Source: Silvibacterium sp.
GTDB lineage: Bacteria > Acidobacteriota > Terriglobia > Terriglobales > Acidobacteriaceae
Assembly: GCA_049588475.1 (NCBI GenBank)
Contig: JBAVYX010000511.1
Span: 7,890-71,889 of the forward strand
Direction: 5' to 3'
Length of the DNA: 64,000 nucleotides
The notes beneath the pieces are model-generated. The model was not told where the DNA came from. It was given only the letters and a program-made list of their open reading frames with translations, and searched no databases. The translations under genes and the position numbers were made by a program. Of this stretch, positions 1-9,837 are shown piece after piece; the first letter of the stretch is position 1, and every line of letters starts with the position of its first letter.

Positions 1-2558
1 ACTCCTTCATTACCGCGGGCAATCGCGAAGACTCCGTCAACTTCCAGATCAACGGCGTCAACCTGAATGACATGGTTCAGAACCAGATCACTTTCCAACC
101 CTCCATTGACACCACCTCGGAGTTAAAAATTAATAACTCAACCTTCAGCGCGGAGTACGGTAGGAGCTCAGGTTCGATCGTGAATGTAAGCACCCGGTCG
201 GGCACCAACGCCTTCCATGGCGAAGTGTTTGACTACTTCCGCAACGAGGCACTGGATGCACGCAATTACTTTAACCGAGCCAGCCTTCCCGGTGTTGCCG
301 GGGAGAAGGCGCCACTTAAACGCAACAATTTTGGCGGAGCTCTTGGCGGACCGATATGGAAGGACCGCACTTTCTTTTTTTTCAGCTATGAAGGACTCCG
401 CCAGGCCCAGGGCGTCTTGCTGAATAGCGCTGTATTTTCACCAATCGTGCGCGCCTTAATTGCTTCAATCGGTTCGCCCTCAGCGCAGTCGCTGATAACG
501 TTGGTTCCGGTAGGGAATGATGCCACCCAGACACACTACACAGCTTTCACCCCGGGCCCCGTCGACATCAATCAATACACGCTCGACGTCTCCCAGGTCA
601 TCACCAAGTCAGACCAATTGCACGGTTTTTATGCCTTTCAATCAGACGCGCGCACGGAGCCTAACCTGCAGGGCAATACGATTCCCGGTTTCGGCGATCA
701 TCGTCCCGCCCATCGTCAAATCTTTACACTGAATTACACGCACATATTCACCCCGTCCATTGTCAACGAGGCCCGCCTCGGGCTGAACCGCATCTCTATC
801 GTTTTTAGCCCCAACGCACTGCTTAATCCGGCCAGCTATGACATTGGGATAGGTGTCAATGCACCAGTTGGCATCCCGCAAATCACAGTTACGGACCTGG
901 GTCTCAACTTCGGCGGACCGTCCGGATTCCCCCAAGGCCGAAACGATACTTTTGGCGTCTTTTCTGACGCCGCAACCTGGGTAACGGGGAAGCACAGTAT
1001 CAAGTTCGGCGGGGAGTACCGTCGTTTCATCAACGACAACTTTACAGCCGATACCGGCGCCCTTACTTATTCCACGACAGCGCAGTTTGTTGAGGGTGTT
1101 GCGACGGGATTCACCTACCAGCCCACCACTGTATCAAGCCGTCTCTTTGTAAATGCGATCGGACTCTTTGCGCAGGATAATTTCAAAGTCAAACCTAACC
1201 TTGTCCTGGAATACGGCCTGCGGTTCGAGTGGAATGGCACACCGACTGAAGGGGAAAACCGCCTGGTGATCTTCAATCCGAATAACCCATCCCTGATTCG
1301 AACTGGTACCAATGGTGTCGGGTCAGTTTACAACCAGAACTACAATGTTGAGCCGCGCTTGGGCTTTGCATGGGACGTCTTCGCTACCGGCAAAACAGTT
1401 GTGCGCGGGGGCTATGGCTTCATGGCTGACCAGCCTGCGACGAACGCGGTGACCCCTCTGGCATCGAATCCACCCTTCAATACGTCCGTTTCGTATAACA
1501 ATGCGAAGGCTCCCATTCCAGTCGCCACCCTCTTGTCCTCCGCTGCGGCCGCTGGCATCGCAATCAACTCAGTCAATCCCGACTTTCGCAATGCTTACAC
1601 GCAGACCTTCAACCTGAACGTCCAGCAACAACTGCCCGCCGGTATCGTAGGCTCGATCGGTTACTACGGTTCTGTCGGCAGGCACCTGCGTGCGCGTACC
1701 AACCAGAACCAGCCAATTGATGGAGGAGCACGTCCTTTCCCCGCGCTTTCAGGGACCAGCCCTATCAAACCGGGGGCGGCCACGAACGTAAATTTTGCTG
1801 AAGCGAATAGCGTCGGAATGTCGAACTACAATGCCCTGTGGATCACGGCCACCAAGAATGGTGGCCACGGCCTCGAGTTCAATCTGAATTACAACTATTC
1901 GAAGTCGCTCGATACGAATTCGTTGGGTTCACAGGGTGGCTATACATTTCAGGACAGCACTAACCCTGCCAATAACTATGGAGCGTCTGACTTCGATACA
2001 CGGAATCGTTTCGCTGGAAACGTGATCTATGCGTTGCCCTTCAAAGGGAACCGCTTCGTCGAGGGCTACCAGTTATCGACCATCGTTCAGTATCAGACAG
2101 GCAATCCGGTGAATCTCACAAATACATCGACCTTTACCGGCCTTTCCGGATTGATTCGCCCGAATCTTGTTGGTCCAATCCTAACGAAAAAGATCCAGGC
2201 TCCCGGCGCGACGAATGTGAACTTCATTCAATCCACTGTGTGCCCCGGCGGCATAATTGTATCGGGTTGCAGCTTCCAGAACACCTCCAACAGCCTTGGC
2301 GACATGGCTCGCAATGTCATTTACGGGCCTGGCTACGCTGATGTCGATCTATCTGGACAAAAAGACACGAAAATTACCGAACGCATCAACCTCAGACTAC
2401 GCGTGGATGCCTTCGACATCTTCAACCACCCGAACTTTGGCCAGCCGTCTGGCAGCACTACATCGGCGGTCTTCGGTCAAATCTCTTCGACTCGCTTTGC
2501 GACGAGCGATGGCGGCTCTTCACGTCAGCTTCAGATCAGCGCCAAAGTCTCTTTCTAG
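1..2558 (+). CDS. TonB-dependent outer-membrane receptor, C-terminal barrel portion (5' end outside window)
   Basis: Reading frame 3 is open from the first bases of the window (SFITAGNREDSVNFQINGVNLNDMVQ... precedes the tracked Met at 72). Long G/N/Y/T/S-rich sequence with beta-strand-like alternation, ending ...RQLQISAKVSF with the terminal Phe typical of OM beta-barrels. Resembles Acidobacterial TonB-dependent receptors. Confidence 0.8.
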   Translation, partial: SFITAGNREDSVNFQINGVNLNDMVQNQITFQPSIDTTSELKINNSTFSAEYGRSSGSIVNVSTRSGTNAFHGEVFDYFRNEALDARNYFNRASLPGVAGEKAPLKRNNFGGALGGPIWKDRTFFFFSYEGLRQAQGVLLNSAVFSPIVRALIASIGSPSAQSLITLVPVGNDATQTHYTAFTPGPVDINQYTLDVSQVITKSDQLHGFYAFQSDARTEPNLQGNTIPGFGDHRPAHRQIFTLNYTHIFTPSIVNEARLGLNRISIVFSPNALLNPASYDIGIGVNAPVGIPQITVTDLGLNFGGPSGFPQGRNDTFGVFSDAATWVTGKHSIKFGGEYRRFINDNFTADTGALTYSTTAQFVEGVATGFTYQPTTVSSRLFVNAIGLFAQDNFKVKPNLVLEYGLRFEWNGTPTEGENRLVIFNPNNPSLIRTGTNGVGSVYNQNYNVEPRLGFAWDVFATGKTVVRGGYGFMADQPATNAVTPLASNPPFNTSVSYNNAKAPIPVATLLSSAAAAGIAINSVNPDFRNAYTQTFNLNVQQQLPAGIVGSIGYYGSVGRHLRARTNQNQPIDGGARPFPALSGTSPIKPGAATNVNFAEANSVGMSNYNALWITATKNGGHGLEFNLNYNYSKSLDTNSLGSQGGYTFQDSTNPANNYGASDFDTRNRFAGNVIYALPFKGNRFVEGYQLSTIVQYQTGNPVNLTNTSTFTGLSGLIRPNLVGPILTKKIQAPGATNVNFIQSTVCPGGIIVSGCSFQNTSNSLGDMARNVIYGPGYADVDLSGQKDTKITERINLRLRVDAFDIFNHPNFGQPSGSTTSAVFGQISSTRFATSDGGSSRQLQISAKVSF

Positions 2559-2576
2559 AGATCACACTCCCATTCC

Positions 2577-2621
2577 GGGTGCGCTTCTCCTAAGTTTTGG
2601 TGAGCGCACCCTTTATTTTTT
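2577..2621 (+). terminator. Rho-independent terminator after the receptor gene
   Basis: GGGTGCGCT (2577-2585) pairs with AGCGCACCC (2603-2611) and is followed by TTTATTTTTT. It starts about 20 nt after the stop codon. Confidence 0.65.
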
Positions 2622-2765
2622 GGGTCTTCAAGCGTCGAGCTCAAAGAAAAGCGAATCGGCTGATTGCAATCTCGCAACAGGGATACAATGGGAGCCGTTC
2701 TGGCCGGTCTCCCGGCGACAGGACACCAATGTTGTCGTCGGGCCACTTTTACCTGGGAGATTCCC

Positions 2766-3905
2766 ATGAAAGCCGTGCTAATACCGTTTGTTTTAACCAC
2801 GGCTCTATCCGCGTGCACGCCGTTGAACGGAATGGTCGCGTCATCAGGGCCAGTGCCAACACAGGCTGCGGATATGCACACGAGCCAGAATTCGCTCGAC
2901 TGGGCGGGGACTTATGAGGGGGTTTTACCGTGTGCAGACTGTCCCGGAATCAAGACCAGGCTGACGCTCAACAAAGACGGCACATTCGAACGGATGACCC
3001 AGTATCTGGACCGGAAGGTTGCCGCGGAGACCGTGAGCGGGTCATTTAGATGGCAGGCGAATGGTAACGCCATTACTCTTGATGAGCATGGCAAGGGACA
3101 ACAGTTTCGAGTCGGTGAGGGCCGGCTGATTTTGCAATACCCTGGCGGCGGATCCGGATCTCCGGGACCCAACATGGTGTTGACGCTCGTTCCGCAGACG
3201 GCTACGGAAAAAAGCCTGACGCAGGCACTTGAAGATCATAACTGGACTCTCGAGTCCGCAACCGATGGCAACAGTCGGCCCATCGCTTCGCTCGCGTCCA
3301 ATAAAGACCGCCCGATTGAGTTGAGCTTCAGTGGGAACAGATTCAGCATCCAGGCCCCCTGCAATAGAATGATGGGTGGCTATCACGTCAATGATGCGAA
3401 TCAGCTGACGGTAAGTGCCGCAGCTTCCACGATGATGGCCTGCTCTCCAGCGTTGATGCATGGCGATGCTGTCCTGTCGAGTATCCTGAGTGAGCTCATG
3501 AAGGTAGAGTTTGTCGATGGGCCATCTCCGCAGCTGCGCCTGATATCCGCTTCCAAGGAGACCCTGACATTTACCGGACACCCTACGCCGGAATCCCTTT
3601 ACGGACCCGGGACCCGCATGTTCCTGGAGGTTGCGGCCCAACCGGTGGCGTGCGAACATCCGCCAGCGCCCAGTACAAACTGTCTTCAGGTCCGCGAAAT
3701 ACATTTTGACGAACAAGGCCTGCGATCGGGCCCGCCGGGAGAATGGCAACCTCTTCACGAAAATATTGAAGGCTTCACCCACACCGCAGGCACACGCAAT
3801 ATAGTCCGGGTGAAACGCTTCGACCGCGGCCAGGTGTCTGCCGGCGAGTCCCCGACCTTGTATGTGCTGGATCTAGTGGTCGAGTCGGAAACGGTGACGC
3901 CGTAG
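2766..3905 (+). CDS. Lipoprotein with NlpE-N-like, META/HslJ-like and DUF4377-like domains
   Basis: ATG at 2766 gives MKAVLIPFVLTTALSAC (signal peptide with lipobox LSAC). WAGTYEGVLPCADCPGIKTRLTL is the NlpE N-terminal CXXC motif. NWTLESATDG...FSIQAPCNRMMGGY...MMACSP is META-like. CLQVREIHFDEQG...IEGFTHTAGTRNIVRVKRF is DUF4377-like. The 34 upstream codons of the tracked ORF lie before the signal peptide and are probably untranslated. Confidence 0.65.
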   Translation: MKAVLIPFVLTTALSACTPLNGMVASSGPVPTQAADMHTSQNSLDWAGTYEGVLPCADCPGIKTRLTLNKDGTFERMTQYLDRKVAAETVSGSFRWQANGNAITLDEHGKGQQFRVGEGRLILQYPGGGSGSPGPNMVLTLVPQTATEKSLTQALEDHNWTLESATDGNSRPIASLASNKDRPIELSFSGNRFSIQAPCNRMMGGYHVNDANQLTVSAAASTMMACSPALMHGDAVLSSILSELMKVEFVDGPSPQLRLISASKETLTFTGHPTPESLYGPGTRMFLEVAAQPVACEHPPAPSTNCLQVREIHFDEQGLRSGPPGEWQPLHENIEGFTHTAGTRNIVRVKRFDRGQVSAGESPTLYVLDLVVESETVTP

Positions 3906-3945
3906 GTCGAAGCCTTATCACAAGCGACAGGGTGGGGAGGGCGAA

Positions 3946-4755
3946 TTGATCTCAAGAAAAACCGCGATGTGGCTTCTGCTTGTGATCACAGCGGTTGTGA
4001 TTGTGGTTGACCTGTTGTTGCCGCGAATTCCGCAGCCGCAGTCCTACCACAATTTCGCTAACCAACGCAGTTTTCTGGGCATCCCCAACTTTAGTGATGC
4101 TGTAGTTTCCAACATACCTTTTGCAATATTTGGAGCATGGGGTCTGGTATTTTTGCTGCGATTGAAGCCTGAACAGATGTCAGAACATTTTCTCGACCGG
4201 CGAGAACGCTGGCCATACCTGGTTGTTTTTGCTGGAGTGCTGCTTACGGCATTCGGTTCCGCGTACTATCACCTGGATCCAAACAACCAACGGCTCCTCT
4301 GGGACAGACTGCCCATGACGATAGCATTCATGGCAGTCGTGGCAGCCATGATCACGGAGCGCATCAGTGTGCGCGCCGGCCTCTGGCTGTTGCCGGTACT
4401 TGTGTTGATAGGCATGGGCAGTGCGTTGCAGTGGTACATGAGCGAACTGCAGGGCGCCGGGGATCTGCGTTTCTATGGCGCGGTGCAAGCGTATGCGGTT
4501 CTATTTCTTTTGATCGTGCTTCTCTTCCCGCCGCGCTATACACGGGGATCAGACCTGTTGATCGCGGCGGGTTTCTATGTTCTCGCAAAGGTCCTGGAGA
4601 TACTTGATCACCAGATTTTCAGCCTGGGACAGATCGTAAGCGGCCACAGCCTAAAGCATGTGTCCGCCGCGCTTTCCGGGTACTGGATTTTACGAATGCT
4701 GCAGAGGCGAAGACCACTCCGTGGGCTATCCTCTGCTGCCGCTTCTTCCCTTTAG
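3946..4755 (+). CDS. Polytopic membrane protein, ceramidase / alkaline-phytoceramidase-like family
   Basis: Multiple hydrophobic helices. N-terminal YHNFANQRSFLGIPNFSDAVVSNIPF plus conserved His motifs (AYYHLDPNN, SGHSLKHV) recall the bacterial ceramidase-like family. TTG start at 3946 lies 5 nt after GGAGG (3936-3940). Confidence 0.5.
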   Translation: MISRKTAMWLLLVITAVVIVVDLLLPRIPQPQSYHNFANQRSFLGIPNFSDAVVSNIPFAIFGAWGLVFLLRLKPEQMSEHFLDRRERWPYLVVFAGVLLTAFGSAYYHLDPNNQRLLWDRLPMTIAFMAVVAAMITERISVRAGLWLLPVLVLIGMGSALQWYMSELQGAGDLRFYGAVQAYAVLFLLIVLLFPPRYTRGSDLLIAAGFYVLAKVLEILDHQIFSLGQIVSGHSLKHVSAALSGYWILRMLQRRRPLRGLSSAAASSL

Positions 4756-4966
4756 ATGAGCCAAAGCCTGGACGCAAAGAGCGAGCACATTTACGCTCGC
4801 CCTGCTGACTGGCAGACAGTTTCATTTTGAGATGCCGGGGACGAATCACTCGATCTTCCGCATTCATCTCAATGAAAGAAAACGATACACTGTCTTCACA
4901 ACAAATTGCTCGCGCTGGTGGTTCGGGTCCGGTGAAGGCGCTGGCGAGACAGGCTTATACAAAGAC

Positions 4967-6058
4967 ATGCGGCAGAAGATTGGCATTCTCGGCGCGACTG
5001 GAATGGTCGGCCAGCGATTCATTCAGCTCCTCGAGCATCACCCGTGGTTTGAAGTGGCGTGGCTCGCGGCAAGCGACAAGTCGAGCGGAAAGCGATACGG
5101 CGATGTTGTGAAGTGGAAGCTGGACACGGCCCTCCCTGATCGGATCGCGACGATGCCGGTGTCGCCGGCCACGCCGAATGACGCGCCGAAGGCGATTTTC
5201 GCGGCACTTGACGCCGATATAGCTCGGGAACTGGAGCCCGCATTTGCGGCGGCCGGCTGCGCAGTCATCTCGAACTCGAGCGCCTTTCGCATGCACCAGG
5301 ACGTACCGCTGGTGATTCCCGAGGTGAATGCGGATCATCTGCCGATTCTCGAAAACCAGTCCTGGCGTAAGGAGTCTGGCGGTTACATTGTGACCAATCC
5401 CAATTGCTCGGCGATTGGGCTTGTGTTGGTACTGAAGCCGCTGGTGGAGCGGTTCGGCATTGACTCGATTTTTGTGAGCACCATGCAGGCGGTGAGCGGG
5501 GCCGGCTATCCGGGCGTGCCATCGATGGACATTCTGGGCAACGTGGTTCCCTACGTTAAGAATGAAGAAGAGAAGATGGAGGCCGAGACGCTGCGCCTGC
5601 TGGGCGTGCGCGACGGTAAGGTTGTTCTTCCTCTTGCCGCGAAGATGACTGCGCATTGCAACCGGGTCGCAGTCGAAGACGGTCATACAGAAAGCGTGAG
5701 CGTGAAGCTGTCACGCAAGGCCACGCGCGAAGAGATTCTGGACGCGTGGCGCGAGTTTACCCCGCTCGTGGGCCGCGACTTGCCGACAGCTCCCGCGCAG
5801 CCGGTTGAGTTTACAGCTATCGAGGATCGTCCCCAACCGCGGCTGGACAAGATGCGCGGCGGAGGCATGGCGGCCACGGTAGGCAGGCTGCGTCCATGTG
5901 GACTGCTGGACTGGAAGTTCACGGTGCTCTCCCACAATACGATCCGCGGCGCGGCGGGTGCGGCGCTGTTGAATGCCGAGCTGCTTGTGTCGTTGGGAAA
6001 GCTTGGGGCGGGAAAACTTGAAGCAGGAAAACTCGATTCGGTTGCGGTACCTGCATGA
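4967..6058 (+). CDS. asd: Aspartate-semialdehyde dehydrogenase
   Basis: MRQKIGILGATGMVGQRF Rossmann N-terminus and NPNCSAIG active-site Cys motif. ATG at 4967 is chosen because the 45 upstream codons of the tracked ORF are not Asd-like. The stop overlaps the lysC start (ATGA). Confidence 0.9.
   Translation: MRQKIGILGATGMVGQRFIQLLEHHPWFEVAWLAASDKSSGKRYGDVVKWKLDTALPDRIATMPVSPATPNDAPKAIFAALDADIARELEPAFAAAGCAVISNSSAFRMHQDVPLVIPEVNADHLPILENQSWRKESGGYIVTNPNCSAIGLVLVLKPLVERFGIDSIFVSTMQAVSGAGYPGVPSMDILGNVVPYVKNEEEKMEAETLRLLGVRDGKVVLPLAAKMTAHCNRVAVEDGHTESVSVKLSRKATREEILDAWREFTPLVGRDLPTAPAQPVEFTAIEDRPQPRLDKMRGGGMAATVGRLRPCGLLDWKFTVLSHNTIRGAAGAALLNAELLVSLGKLGAGKLEAGKLDSVAVPA
5996..6040 (+). repeat. 3 x 15-nt in-frame tandem repeat at the asd 3' end (GKLGA-GKLEA-GKLDS)
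   Basis: ggaaagcttggggcg / ggaaaacttgaagca / ggaaaactcgattcg, read directly from the sequence. Confidence 0.6.
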
Positions 6059-7470
6059 GCAAGCTCGTGGTGATGAAGTTCGGCGGCACCTCCGTCGAGG
6101 ACGCGCCAGCCATCCATCGTACCGCAGGGATCGTTCGCGGCAAGCTCGCGAAGGGATTCACACCCATCGTCGTCGTCAGTGCGATGGCTAAGGTCACCGA
6201 TCAACTCCTGGCGGCATCGAATGCCGCGGGCCGAGGCGACCGCGCTGGCGCGCTGGCCATCACAGCGCGACTGCGGAACCGGCATCTTGAAACAGCTGGA
6301 GCCCTGGTTTCCCAACAGACGATTTGTGAACTGAACGAGTGGATCGATCTGGAATTCGATGCACTGGATGAGGTGTTGCGTGGGCTGGCTGCCGTCGGCG
6401 AACTGACGCCGCGCATCGGCGACATGGTCGTTTCTGCTGGCGAACGCCTCTCCAGCCGCATGATCGCCGAAGCATTCTCGTGCCGGGAACTGGATGCCGT
6501 TTACGTGGATGCGCGGCAGTGTATCGTGACCGATGCGCAGCATGGCAAGGCAATTCCTCAGGATGCTCTGATCGAACAGCGGCTGACGCAGCACGTTCTA
6601 CCGCATGCTCACGCAGGCAGGATTTGCGTGATGGGCGGCTTTATCGGCGCGACGGAAAAGGGTGTAACGACGACGCTGGGGCGCGGCGGCTCGGACTTTA
6701 CAGCGGCCCTGGTGGGTGGCGCCCTGGACGCCGGTTCCATCGAAATATGGACGGACGTGAACGGCATCATGACAACCGATCCACGGATCTGTCCCAATGC
6801 CTTGCGGGTAAAGACCATCAGCTTCGAGGAGGCAGCTGAGCTAGCCTACTTTGGTGCGAAGGTGCTGCATCCGGCGACTATTCTGCCGGCGGTGAAGAAG
6901 AACATTCCGGTCCTGGTGCTGAATTCGCGCAATCCGGAGAACGAGGGCACGCGGATTATCTCGCTCGCGCCGCACTGCCGGAGCCCGTTCAAGTCGATTG
7001 CGGTGAAGCGTCGGCTGACGATTATCGACGTGGTCGCAAGCCGCATGCTGATGTCGCACGGCTACTTGAAGGCGATTTTCGATGTCTTTGACAAACACAA
7101 GTGTCCGGTGGATATGGTTTCGACCTCCGAAGTGTCGGTTTCCCTGACTGTCGACTCCCATGACCAGCTGCCCGAGATTGCCGCCGACCTCAGTCAATTG
7201 GCAGATGTGAAATATGAAGGCCGCAAGGCCCTGGTTTGCATGGTCGGCGAGAATATCCGCGGACAAAACGGTATCGCCGCGCGGGTCTTCCAGGCGATCC
7301 GGCACGTGAATGTGCGCATGATTTCGCAGGGCGCATCGGAAATCAACATGAGTTTCATGATTGAAGAGGATGATGCTGACGAAGCGATCCGGTCGCTGCA
7401 CGACGAGTTCTTTGGCGATCCCGACCCGGAGATCTTCGACGTGGAAGCATTGAAAGAAAGCCTGAGGTAG
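6055..7470 (+). CDS. lysC: Aspartate kinase
   Basis: MSKLVVMKFGGTSVED kinase N-terminus, ...GGFIGATEKGVTTTLGRGGSDFTAA..., and a C-terminal ACT-like region. Translationally coupled to asd. Confidence 0.9.
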   Translation: MSKLVVMKFGGTSVEDAPAIHRTAGIVRGKLAKGFTPIVVVSAMAKVTDQLLAASNAAGRGDRAGALAITARLRNRHLETAGALVSQQTICELNEWIDLEFDALDEVLRGLAAVGELTPRIGDMVVSAGERLSSRMIAEAFSCRELDAVYVDARQCIVTDAQHGKAIPQDALIEQRLTQHVLPHAHAGRICVMGGFIGATEKGVTTTLGRGGSDFTAALVGGALDAGSIEIWTDVNGIMTTDPRICPNALRVKTISFEEAAELAYFGAKVLHPATILPAVKKNIPVLVLNSRNPENEGTRIISLAPHCRSPFKSIAVKRRLTIIDVVASRMLMSHGYLKAIFDVFDKHKCPVDMVSTSEVSVSLTVDSHDQLPEIAADLSQLADVKYEGRKALVCMVGENIRGQNGIAARVFQAIRHVNVRMISQGASEINMSFMIEEDDADEAIRSLHDEFFGDPDPEIFDVEALKESLR

Positions 7471-7475
7471 ATGGG

Positions 7476-8159
7476 ATGCTGTTCCTGGTTCTGGGGCGCG
7501 GCAAGACCGGCAGCCTGGTGGCAGAAGTTGCGCATGAACGCGGACATGGAGTGCGCGTGCTGGGCGAAGAAGAGAATCGCAATGCCTCGGCACTGACGGC
7601 TCCGTTTCTGGCAAGCTTTGATGCGGTGATCGACTTCACGACACCTCAAGCAGTCATCCCAAACCTGCGCGCGTGCCTGGCGAATGGTGCGCACGTCGTG
7701 GTTGGCACGACAGGGTGGTATGAGCGTCTTGAAGATATGCGCACTTTGGCGATCCGCAAGAATGCCGGATTTCTGTTCGGGACGAATTTCTCGATTGGCG
7801 TTCAGACGTTGCTGCGCATGGCGCGGGAACTGGCGCTAGCTGCGCCGCATTATCGTTTCAGCATTGCGGAAACACACCATTCAGGCAAGAAAGACGCGCC
7901 TTCCGGCACGGCGTTGTCGATCAAGCAGGTCCTCGAAGCTGCAAACCCGACCCTTAAGATTGAAATCTCTTTCAAGCGCGAGGGCGATGCTTCGGGCATC
8001 CATCTCATCGAAGCGCGCTCAGACTATGACGTGATTGAATTGAAGCACGAGGCTTTCTCGCGCCGTGGATTTGCCGAGGGTGGGGTGCGAGCCGCCGAAT
8101 GGATCACCGGCAAGACCGGGGTATGGGAGTTCAGCGAGATCGCGAGTGAACTTAATTAG
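7476..8159 (+). CDS. dapB: 4-hydroxy-tetrahydrodipicolinate reductase
   Basis: VVGTTGW, FGTNFSIGV and ETHHSGKKDAPSGTA motifs are typical of DapB. It starts 6 nt after lysC. Confidence 0.85.
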   Translation: MLFLVLGRGKTGSLVAEVAHERGHGVRVLGEEENRNASALTAPFLASFDAVIDFTTPQAVIPNLRACLANGAHVVVGTTGWYERLEDMRTLAIRKNAGFLFGTNFSIGVQTLLRMARELALAAPHYRFSIAETHHSGKKDAPSGTALSIKQVLEAANPTLKIEISFKREGDASGIHLIEARSDYDVIELKHEAFSRRGFAEGGVRAAEWITGKTGVWEFSEIASELN

Positions 8160-8193
8160 GGCCCGTGTGCTGTGTGACGGTGTGGTAATAGCG

Positions 8194-8835
8194 ATGGCGG
8201 CCCCTGCAAATTTCCTTGAATCAAGCAAGTACTCCTCCTCTGGATTACGTGGCGCGCATGCCTACCTCCTTCCAAGCCTCTTAAGCCTAAGCAGCGGTCT
8301 TCCGCCTCGTTCGCGGGTACTCGACGTCGGCTGCGGCAACGGTTCAGTTGCCCTCGAGTTCGCCGAGCGCGGCCAGTCGGTGGTGGGAATCGACCTTGAT
8401 GAAGCGGGCATTCGGATCGCGAGACAAAGCTGTCCGGCAGGCAGATTTGAAGTTCTGGCTGCGGACAAAGACATCCTCGAAAACTTAGGCGAGGAGCCTT
8501 TTGATCTGGTTTACAGTGCCGAAGTCATCGAGCATCTGTACGATCCCAGGAGTTTCATGGCTGGGTGCTACGTGGCGACGAAACCTCAAGGCAGATTCAT
8601 TTGTACAACCCCTTACCACGGCTTCTGGAAGAATCTCGCGATATCTCTTGCGGGCGGATGGGACAAACACGCCGATCCTCTGTTTGACGGTGGCCACATA
8701 AAGCTCTTCAGCCGAAGGACTCTATCGGCTTTGATGATCGAGGCGGGTTTCGAGGAGTTACAATTTCGGGGCGCTGGACGCTATCCGTATTTATGGAAGA
8801 GCATGGTCATCGCCTGCACGAAGCCTCGCCGATAA
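8194..8835 (+). CDS. Class I SAM-dependent methyltransferase
   Basis: VLDVGCGNGSVALEFAERGQSVVGIDLD is the SAM-binding motif I. ATG 8194 is chosen because the tracked start at 8065 would overlap the dapB 3' end. Confidence 0.7.
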   Translation: MAAPANFLESSKYSSSGLRGAHAYLLPSLLSLSSGLPPRSRVLDVGCGNGSVALEFAERGQSVVGIDLDEAGIRIARQSCPAGRFEVLAADKDILENLGEEPFDLVYSAEVIEHLYDPRSFMAGCYVATKPQGRFICTTPYHGFWKNLAISLAGGWDKHADPLFDGGHIKLFSRRTLSALMIEAGFEELQFRGAGRYPYLWKSMVIACTKPRR

Positions 8836-8916
8836 ACACTGTATTCGAAAGTGAGTGCCGTAGCTGGCTTTGTTAAGCATTCAACTTAATGTGAGTTGAG
8901 TAAGTCAAGAAGCAGA

Positions 8917-9747
8917 TCAAGGCCCGGTTGATCGTTCAGAGGTTTCTAATTCCCTGGTTTTCAGCACGATCATATATTCGTAAATTGACTGTAGCGCAGC
9001 GTATGTTAAACCCGCGTTGCCATCCTGAAAGCCTCTTTTACCGAGATATAAGATGAGGAACTTTAACAGGGGTCGCGCAGGTAGACGGTAGAAGAGTTCT
9101 TTTTGCTGAAAACGACGTTCGTGAAAGTCCTTGGCCGTAAAGGCCCGTAGAGGGCTGAAGTCTCGATTATTCTTCCGGTTCTCGAAAATCTGTTCCGCCT
9201 CAAATGTGCTGTAGGAGTTGTGCCGAGATAGCCACGCGCTGACACCTTTGCTGAATGGGAAATGATCGAGAAAGCCCGATATTTGGCCGACAGGACCCTG
9301 AGGCAAAGAAACTGGATTGACGAGCCGCTCGTAGTGCATCTTTTCTGGGCGGAAGAGGCGCAAATAAAACGGCGAAGTCTGGACGTGCTTGAGCCAGCGC
9401 CCAAGGAAAAAATCTCTTCTCTGCACGCGAAATGCTACGCAATCTCCAGGATTAGCCGCAGCTGCACAGACCGTTCTGACAAGCTCTGGCGTTACGCGCT
9501 CATCGGCATCGAGATAAAAGACCCACGGATGCTTAAAGGGAATATTTGCCAGTCCCCAGTTCTGGTGAGCAGCCCAGTTGTCGAAGGGATGTTGGGTAAC
9601 AGTTGCTCCTGCCTGATGAGCAATTCCAACGGTGCGGTCGGTACTGACTGAATCAAAAACGTGGATGTCGTCGCACCAGGAAACACTCGCTAGGCACCCG
9701 GGCAGATCCTTCTCTTCATTCTTAGTCAGGATCAATACCGAGACCAT
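8917..9747 (-). CDS. Glycosyltransferase family 2 (LPS-core/KdtX-like)
   Basis: MVSVLILTKNEEKDLPGCLASV...YLDADERV is the GT2 N-terminal fold with a DxD-like motif. It lies antisense to the flanking dap genes and has visibly lower GC than its neighbours. Confidence 0.8.
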   Translation of the reverse strand: MVSVLILTKNEEKDLPGCLASVSWCDDIHVFDSVSTDRTVGIAHQAGATVTQHPFDNWAAHQNWGLANIPFKHPWVFYLDADERVTPELVRTVCAAAANPGDCVAFRVQRRDFFLGRWLKHVQTSPFYLRLFRPEKMHYERLVNPVSLPQGPVGQISGFLDHFPFSKGVSAWLSRHNSYSTFEAEQIFENRKNNRDFSPLRAFTAKDFHERRFQQKELFYRLPARPLLKFLILYLGKRGFQDGNAGLTYAALQSIYEYMIVLKTRELETSERSTGP

Positions 9748-9837
9748 ACACGCATTCTAAACGCGCTGCGGTCAGTTATTCCGCTGTAACCTCTTGCCGT
9801 TTTTTACACGGGTCTCGCCGGTATAGACTCGAACGTG

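Noticed and set aside
4756-4966. Possible lysine riboswitch or other leader upstream of asd-lysC
   Set aside because: The 210-nt spacer contains hairpins (for example TGAGATG...CATCTCA). I could not find the conserved L-box core elements (the AGAGGxGC-type P1 and the associated loop motifs). A covariance-model search (Rfam Lysine, RF00168) would settle this.
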